Assembly (NCBI GenBank): GCA_937899715.1
Contig: CALCNX010000049.1
Coordinates: 66,602-130,601, forward strand
From: an uncultured bacterium
GTDB lineage: Bacteria; Bacteroidota; Ignavibacteria; Kapaibacteriales; UBA4661
Length of the DNA: 64,000 nt
Reading direction: 5' to 3'
Translations under genes and position numbers: made by a program
Shown: in pieces, positions 58,646-64,000 of the stretch
How the letters are laid out: each line of letters starts with the position of its first letter
How positions within the stretch are numbered: position 1 is the stretch's first letter
Notes under the pieces: model-generated
What the model saw: the letters and a program-made list of their open reading frames with translations, nothing else
Databases searched by the model: none
What the model was told of the DNA's origin: nothing

Positions 58646-58667
58646 TTTCTTGTAAGTATTTTTAATC

Positions 58668-59810
58668 TTGAAAATGATACGTCTTTTTATTGCTCTTAGT
58701 TGTTTGCTGATTTGTGGTACAGAAATATGTGCTAATGCTCTAGATAGCACAGCAGCAATAGAAACTACTCGCACCAAAGCACTTGAACTCATACGCTCTC
58801 AGCGTTTCACCGAAGCTCTTTCCCTTGTTGAGCAAGGAGTGATAAGTTATCCTCGCCATGCTGGGGCACATATTGCTTTAGCACAAATATATCTTGCCGC
58901 AAAGGGGCGTAAAGAAGTATTATTCGATAGTGCAGGATTTAAGGCGCAACGGGCAATCGTAGAAGCATTGAAATGTACAGATACCAACAATGTCGTTGAT
59001 GAATTAATAAATTGGATGCTCGCCGACCCTAATACTGCTTGTCAAATGAGTGTTCATATTGGTAAACTCTTCTATGCAATGGATATGCCGATGGTCGCTA
59101 CGACTTTCTTAAATAGTGCGCTAACGGACTGCCCTTCCGACAGTAATGCTGCGTATGGGAGATACCTACTTGCACAATGCCTTCTTAATACCACATGGCA
59201 AAAACCTTCTTCGCACGCTAATACTACTCACTTGATCCGCTCCACAGAAGTATTGCGCAATAACTTATTTACCGCACTACGTCTGTTGAATGAAGGGATG
59301 GCAATCAATACCACTGCCACGTATTTTTATGGTTTGCTGGGCGATATTCATACCGAACTTGCAATGCTGGGTGATAGCAATAAAACCCAGCACGAGGCGA
59401 TTGCTATCTCTGCGTACAAATCTGCTATTATTACTGCTATCAATCGAAAAGCAGCGCTTGGATTTAAGGAGGATACGGCGAAAACTGATGGAAAATTGCA
59501 CCGAACAGCACGTTTTGATGACTTTGCAATTCAAGATACTGAACCGAATGTAGATATAAGAGCATTATCCCGAAAGATAGCGTATCCAACGCAAGCAAAA
59601 AACATGGGAATGGCGGGTAAGATAATGACCATGGTCTACGTTAATCGTTATGGAGATATAAGAGCGATTATCGTTTACACTAAAGATGCCGAGCCCTTTG
59701 AACCGACTATCACAAATGCTGTTATGAGCACTCCATTTACGCCTGCCAAAGAAGGCCGGATTCCAGTCGGTAGTTTGGTAACAATTCCATTCATATTTCG
59801 CATTCGATAA
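58668..59810 (+). CDS. Secreted TPR-like protein with a TonB C-terminal domain
   Basis: Signal peptide. Helical repeat body. Last ~80 aa (YPTQAKNMGMAGKIMTMVYVNRYGDIRAIIVYTKDAEPFEPTITNAVMSTPFTPAKEGRIPVGSLVTIPFIF) match the TonB_C fold pattern. Confidence 0.55.
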   Translation: MKMIRLFIALSCLLICGTEICANALDSTAAIETTRTKALELIRSQRFTEALSLVEQGVISYPRHAGAHIALAQIYLAAKGRKEVLFDSAGFKAQRAIVEALKCTDTNNVVDELINWMLADPNTACQMSVHIGKLFYAMDMPMVATTFLNSALTDCPSDSNAAYGRYLLAQCLLNTTWQKPSSHANTTHLIRSTEVLRNNLFTALRLLNEGMAINTTATYFYGLLGDIHTELAMLGDSNKTQHEAIAISAYKSAIITAINRKAALGFKEDTAKTDGKLHRTARFDDFAIQDTEPNVDIRALSRKIAYPTQAKNMGMAGKIMTMVYVNRYGDIRAIIVYTKDAEPFEPTITNAVMSTPFTPAKEGRIPVGSLVTIPFIFRIR

Positions 59811-59846
59811 TTTTTCTGTACAACAAACATACCATACCAAGAATAT

Positions 59847-60620
59847 ATGAAAAAACATATCTTCATGTTCGCTTGCTGCATTGCTTTTTGTCTTTCTATC
59901 CCAGCTGCCTTTGCGCAGGAGAGAGATTCTGCTACCACCATGCGGAGCGTGGAGTTCGTCAAAATGGCTGATGGCGTGTGGCGGCACATTTCGCACGTCT
60001 GGTACATGGGCGAAGCCGTGCCATCAAACGGTCTCGTTATCGAAGCAGACAATGAACTATTGATGGTGGACACACCCTGCAACAACCAACAAACCGACAG
60101 TCTGCTCCGATGGGCAGACAAAACCTTCCACAAACCGCTTCGCAAAGTCATTGCCACACACGCGCACGGAGACCGCGTTGGCGGAATAGAGACGCTGCAA
60201 AAACATGGAATTGACGTTTGGACGACACCGCTCACGGGCGAATGGTCGGTGAAGCGTGGCTTTGGTGCGCCCAATAAAGCTATCCTGCCCAACGACACGA
60301 CATTCCGTTTTGGCAAGTTTACACTTCGTGTGTTCTTCCCCGGAGCAGGACATACGGTGGATAATATCGTCGTTTGGATTGCCGAGCCACGAATTGTAGC
60401 GGGCGGCTGCCTTATCAAGACTGCCGAAACGCAGAGTGTCGGCTTTATCGGCGATGCCGTCTTGAATGAGTGGTCGAATAGCGTGCGCAAGGTTGGGGAA
60501 CAGTTTCCAACAGCCTCCGTTGTCGTTCCCGGTCATGGCGCACCCGGTGGTACGGGCTTATTTCAACACACAATCGCTATCATTGAAAAACACTTGAAAC
60601 AACGACCTCCTAAAAAGTAA
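59847..60620 (+). CDS. Subclass B1 metallo-beta-lactamase
   Basis: Signal peptide. All B1 zinc ligands and signature blocks in order: THAHGDRVGG (H116/H118/D120), GAGHTVDNIVVW (H196), GGCLIK (C221/K224), VPGHGAPG (H263). These are near-identical to the BcII-type blocks. Confidence 0.85.
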   Translation: MKKHIFMFACCIAFCLSIPAAFAQERDSATTMRSVEFVKMADGVWRHISHVWYMGEAVPSNGLVIEADNELLMVDTPCNNQQTDSLLRWADKTFHKPLRKVIATHAHGDRVGGIETLQKHGIDVWTTPLTGEWSVKRGFGAPNKAILPNDTTFRFGKFTLRVFFPGAGHTVDNIVVWIAEPRIVAGGCLIKTAETQSVGFIGDAVLNEWSNSVRKVGEQFPTASVVVPGHGAPGGTGLFQHTIAIIEKHLKQRPPKK

Positions 60621-60664
60621 ACAGATAGCAGTTGCACGTTTTTTTATCATGTTTGCATAATTCT

Positions 60665-61471
60665 ATGACACGCCGACTCTTAACTCTTTTTTACTTTGTC
60701 GTTGTTTGGCTTGGATTTTTATTTCAGGCAACCGCACAGAAACAGACTTCCACGACGCAGCGTCCTGAATGGCAGCATTTCTTTGATAGTGCCGGGGTGA
60801 AGGGATGCTTCCTGCTTTACGACACAAAAGCCGCACAGTATCATGCCTATAATCCGAAACGCTGTAAAACACCGTTTCTGCCTGCATCTACCTTTAAGAT
60901 TCCCAATTCGATCATTGGCTTAGAAACAGGGGTTATCAAAGATACGGACTATGTTATCAAATGGGACAGCGTGAAGCGCAGCAGGGATGAATGGAACTGC
61001 GACCACACCTTGCGTTCGGCAATCGCCGTTTCGTGTGTGCCATATTATCAGGAGTTGGCACGGCGAGTGGGTGCAAAGCGCATGAAATCGCTCTTGGATA
61101 CCATGCATTATGGTAATACAAACATCGGCGACGAAATTGATAGCTTTTGGCTTCGTGGACGGCTTCGCATCACGTGTTTCGAGCAAATTGACTTTTTACG
61201 CCGATTTCAAACAGAAACGCTGCCTGTTTCCAAGCGGTCTATGGGCATTGTGAAAGATATTATGCGATTGGACTCCACCGATAAATATGTGCTCCGTGCA
61301 AAAACAGGCTGGACCGACACGCAGCACGTCGGCTGGTTTGTGGGCTGGGTGGAAACCCGTGATAATACACACTTTTTCGCTTGCAATATCGAAATGCCCG
61401 ACAAAAATCCCAAGCCTGCAGCACGGAGGGCAATAGCCGAACATATATTGCGGTCACTGAAGATAATGTAA
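60665..61471 (+). CDS. Class D (OXA-type) beta-lactamase
   Basis: From ATG 60665: signal peptide. Class D motifs STFK (ASTFKIP), SxV (SCVPYYQ), YGN, KTG (KTGWTD), WxxG (GWFVGW). Confidence 0.85.
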   Translation: MTRRLLTLFYFVVVWLGFLFQATAQKQTSTTQRPEWQHFFDSAGVKGCFLLYDTKAAQYHAYNPKRCKTPFLPASTFKIPNSIIGLETGVIKDTDYVIKWDSVKRSRDEWNCDHTLRSAIAVSCVPYYQELARRVGAKRMKSLLDTMHYGNTNIGDEIDSFWLRGRLRITCFEQIDFLRRFQTETLPVSKRSMGIVKDIMRLDSTDKYVLRAKTGWTDTQHVGWFVGWVETRDNTHFFACNIEMPDKNPKPAARRAIAEHILRSLKIM

Positions 61472-61505
61472 TGACTTTCTGTAAGCCATCTACAATAGAA
61501 AAATT

Positions 61506-62231
61506 ATGAAACCAACAGCCATTATCACCGCTGCATCCAAAGGTATGGGCGCAGCAACCGCGCACGAACTTGCTTCGCGTGGATATAATCTCGTTCTGAT
61601 GAGCCGTTCGGCAGATATTCACAGCTTTGCCGAAACGCTTGCTGACAAAACAAGTGTTCATAACACAAGTATTCACGCCGTGCAAGGCTCTGTAACGGAT
61701 GAGCAAGATTTGAAGCGGCTTGTGGAAACGGCAATGAAAAAATTCGGACGTATTGATGCGCTGGTGAATAATACGGGGCATCCGCCGAAAGGCAGGGCAC
61801 TGGCTCTCTCCGATGAAGACTGGCGCACGGGATTTGACCTTATCTTCATGAGCGTTATACGCCTCATGCGCCTTGTTACGCCCGTGATGGAGCAGCAGAA
61901 AAGCGGCGCAGTCGTTAATATCTCGTCCTTCGCAGCATTGGAGCCAAGTGTGGAGCGTCCTGTGTCGTCCACAATGCGGGCAGCACTTGCCAATTTCACC
62001 AAACTCTATGCCCGTGAATACGCCCACGCCAATATCCGCATGAACAGCCTTCTGCCCGGATATGTGGACAGCTACACGATTACGCCGGAAACGCTTGCAT
62101 CTATACCGATGGGGCGCGTGGGGACTGTTGAGGAAGTAGCAAAAACGATTGGCTTTTTGCTTTCGGACGATGCGGCATTTATCACGGGGCAGAATATCGT
62201 GTTTGATGGCGCTATGACGCAGAGGATGTAA
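61506..62231 (+). CDS. SDR family oxidoreductase
   Basis: ITAASKGMGAA (TGxxxGxG variant), NNTG, YxxxK (YAREYAHANIRMNSL region). Confidence 0.8.
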   Translation: MKPTAIITAASKGMGAATAHELASRGYNLVLMSRSADIHSFAETLADKTSVHNTSIHAVQGSVTDEQDLKRLVETAMKKFGRIDALVNNTGHPPKGRALALSDEDWRTGFDLIFMSVIRLMRLVTPVMEQQKSGAVVNISSFAALEPSVERPVSSTMRAALANFTKLYAREYAHANIRMNSLLPGYVDSYTITPETLASIPMGRVGTVEEVAKTIGFLLSDDAAFITGQNIVFDGAMTQRM

Positions 62232-62310
62232 GATCACGAAGCAAAATGTGCTATCAAATGCGCATTTTTTACGATGATAAAATTTTTACCTTTCATTATT
62301 CAAACTCACC

Positions 62311-63786
62311 ATGTCAGTTCGTATTCCCAAAATCTTCCCCGAAGGCTTGACCTTCGACGACGTACTTCTCGTTCCGCGCTACTCCGATGTGCTGCCGCGC
62401 TCGGTCAGCGTTCAGACCAAGTTCACACGTGGTATCACACTGAACATACCCGTCGTGAGTGCCGCAATGGACACCGTTACCGAGTCCGAAATGGCGATTG
62501 CACTCGCCCGCGAAGGCGGTATCGGCATTGTTCATAAAAATATGAGCATTGAAGCGCAAGCGAGCGAAGTAGATAAAGTCAAGCGTTCCGAAAGTGGTAT
62601 GATTCGTAAGCCTATCACATTAAAGCCCACGCAAACCGTCTATGATGCACTGGAGCTGATGGCAAAGTACAAAATTGCAGGATTGCCCGTGGTGGATGAT
62701 TCTATGCGGCTGGTGGGAATAATCACCAATCGTGATTTACGTTTTCAACCTGACAGCGCCTTGCTTATCGGAGAGCTGATGATTAAAGACCGCCTTATCA
62801 CTGCACCCGTCGGTACAACGCTCGAAGATGCTGAGGCAATCTTGCAGCAAAACCGTATTGAAAAACTGCCGGTTGTGGATGAGCAAGGGATTTTACGCGG
62901 TTTGATTACCTTCAAAGACATTCAGAAAAAGAAAAAATATCCGAACTCTTGCAAGGATGAGCAAGGGCGCTTGCGTGTAGGCGCTGCTCTGGGCGTTGCG
63001 CCCGATACGGAGGAGCGCATGGCGGCGCTTATAGCGGCGGGTGTGGATGCCGTCATCGTGGACACGGCTCACGGGCACTCGCGCGGTGTGATTGAAATGG
63101 TTGCTTCGCTCAAAAAGCAATTTTCCGACGCACAAATCATTGCCGGAAATATCGCCACAGCAGATGCTGCAAAAGCGTTGATTGATGCGGGTGTGGATGC
63201 GGTCAAAGTGGGAATTGGTCCCGGTTCAATTTGTACCACGCGCGTTATTGCTGGCGTGGGCGTTCCTCAGATAACGGCAATTATGAATGTGGCAGAAGTG
63301 ACCTTGGACGCGGGCGTACCGCTTATTGCAGACGGCGGCATTAAGCAAACGGGCGACATTGCCAAAGCGATTGCCGCCGGAGCAGATTCTATCATGGTTG
63401 GCGGGATGCTCGCCGGACATGAAGAGTCGCCCGGCGATAAGGTATTACTGGAAGGGCGTGCCTACAAGGTTTATCGCGGCATGGGTTCGATTGGCGCAAT
63501 GCAAAAAGGCTCGGCAGACCGCTATTTTCAAGATGTAGAAGACGAAATTGCGAAACTCGTACCGGAAGGAATCGAAGGACGTGTTCCCTTCAAAGGCAAT
63601 GTTTCGGAAACAATTTACCAGATGACGGGCGGACTCCGCGCCGCGATGGGCTATTCCGGCTGCGCGACGATTGATGAGATGAAGCGTAATGGGCAGTTTG
63701 TACGCATGACAGGCGCGGGCTTGAAGGAGTCGCACCCGCACAATATCTTGATTACGGAGGAATCACCGAATTATTTTGCGAAGTAA
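62311..63786 (+). CDS. guaB: IMP dehydrogenase
   Basis: [11 protein letters not shown]-terminus. Tandem CBS domains. Catalytic loop [11 protein letters not shown]. 491 aa. Confidence 0.95.
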   Translation: MSVRIPKIFPEGLTFDDVLLVPRYSDVLPRSVSVQTKFTRGITLNIPVVSAAMDTVTESEMAIALAREGGIGIVHKNMSIEAQASEVDKVKRSESGMIRKPITLKPTQTVYDALELMAKYKIAGLPVVDDSMRLVGIITNRDLRFQPDSALLIGELMIKDRLITAPVGTTLEDAEAILQQNRIEKLPVVDEQGILRGLITFKDIQKKKKYPNSCKDEQGRLRVGAALGVAPDTEERMAALIAAGVDAVIVDTAHGHSRGVIEMVASLKKQFSDAQIIAGNIATADAAKALIDAGVDAVKVGIGPGSICTTRVIAGVGVPQITAIMNVAEVTLDAGVPLIADGGIKQTGDIAKAIAAGADSIMVGGMLAGHEESPGDKVLLEGRAYKVYRGMGSIGAMQKGSADRYFQDVEDEIAKLVPEGIEGRVPFKGNVSETIYQMTGGLRAAMGYSGCATIDEMKRNGQFVRMTGAGLKESHPHNILITEESPNYFAK

Positions 63787-63846
63787 TTTTGACATTGAGC
63801 CGGAAATTGCTCCTTCAAACTCTTTGCCCACAATTTCTTTCCCTGA

Positions 63847-64000
63847 ATGCGCATACTTCTTACAGGTACTGCCGGGCGTATCGGACAGTCGATTCATGCC
63901 CGTTTGTCGCCCATGCACGATGTCGTCGGTGTAGATAGATCGCCTGCCTCAACGGTAGATGTCGTCGGTGATATTATGAACCATACACTAATGAGTAGCT
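63847..64000 (+). CDS. NAD-dependent epimerase/dehydratase family protein, N-terminal fragment (runs off the window end)
   Basis: MRILLTGTAGRIGQSIHARLSPMHDVVGVDRS is a Rossmann GxxGxxG of the SDR-extended fold. It is below the ORF-track size cutoff because it is truncated. Confidence 0.45.
   Translation, partial: MRILLTGTAGRIGQSIHARLSPMHDVVGVDRSPASTVDVVGDIMNHTLMSS

Noticed and set aside
59675-60490. 271-aa minus-strand ORF
   Set aside because: Antisense to the metallo-beta-lactamase gene, which has all catalytic motifs. Rejected as a shadow ORF.
60665-61471. Idea that the stand-alone OXA-like protein is the detached sensor domain of the sensor-less BlaR1-like protein
   Set aside because: It has its own signal peptide and a complete set of class D catalytic motifs. 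It lies 56 kb away next to another beta-lactamase, and no BlaI-type dyad is upstream. A bona fide enzyme is the simpler reading.
61260-62237. 325-aa minus-strand ORF
   Set aside because: Antisense across the OXA 3-prime end and the SDR gene. It is Cys/His/Arg-rich nonsense. The sense-strand genes have clear motifs.

Overview
This 64-kb window looks like a chromosomal segment from an FCB-group bacterium (Bacteroidota/Chlorobiota/Ignavibacteriota-like). The main reason is a 2926-aa secreted protein that ends in a type IX secretion C-terminal sorting domain; TonB, TPR-kinase, sigma-54 activator and BlaI/BlaR1-like genes fit the same lineage. GC looks about 50%, but I could not compute it.

Most of the window is housekeeping: nadC (partial), dapB, accD, metG, tatC, atpD-atpC, guaB, a tRNA-Asn, several peptidases (S9, M16, M28, retropepsin-like), phosphatases, two SDRs, a LysE exporter, an MCP and a lipid kinase.

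Four regions stand out:
- A BlaI/BlaR1-type repressor plus M56-protease pair. The penicillin-sensor domain is replaced by about 13 tandem 26-aa repeats, and two TACGAA-N4-TTCGTA operator dyads sit in front of the repressor gene.
- The giant T9SS gene. An 880-bp noncoding leader upstream carries three kinds of palindromic repeats, a GCGGAAT-N-ATTCCGC double-palindrome element re-occurs right after the gene, and an AlbA_2 regulator, NtrC-type sigma-54 activator and PAS kinase lie downstream.
- A tight operon of an M16 peptidase lacking the zinc motif, a retropepsin-like protease and a NodU-type carbamoyltransferase. A possible 68-aa Ser/Thr-rich ORF follows, before a strong terminator.
- Tandem subclass B1 metallo-beta-lactamase and class D (OXA-like) beta-lactamase genes.

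Minor oddities are a cupin gene between atpD and atpC, and an orphan MalF-like permease in an operon with SRPBCC and DUF1446 proteins. I found no CRISPR array, no integrase or transposase, and no rRNA. All coordinates and motifs were read from the sequence by eye. No database search or structure prediction was run, so family assignments rest on motifs I recognise.
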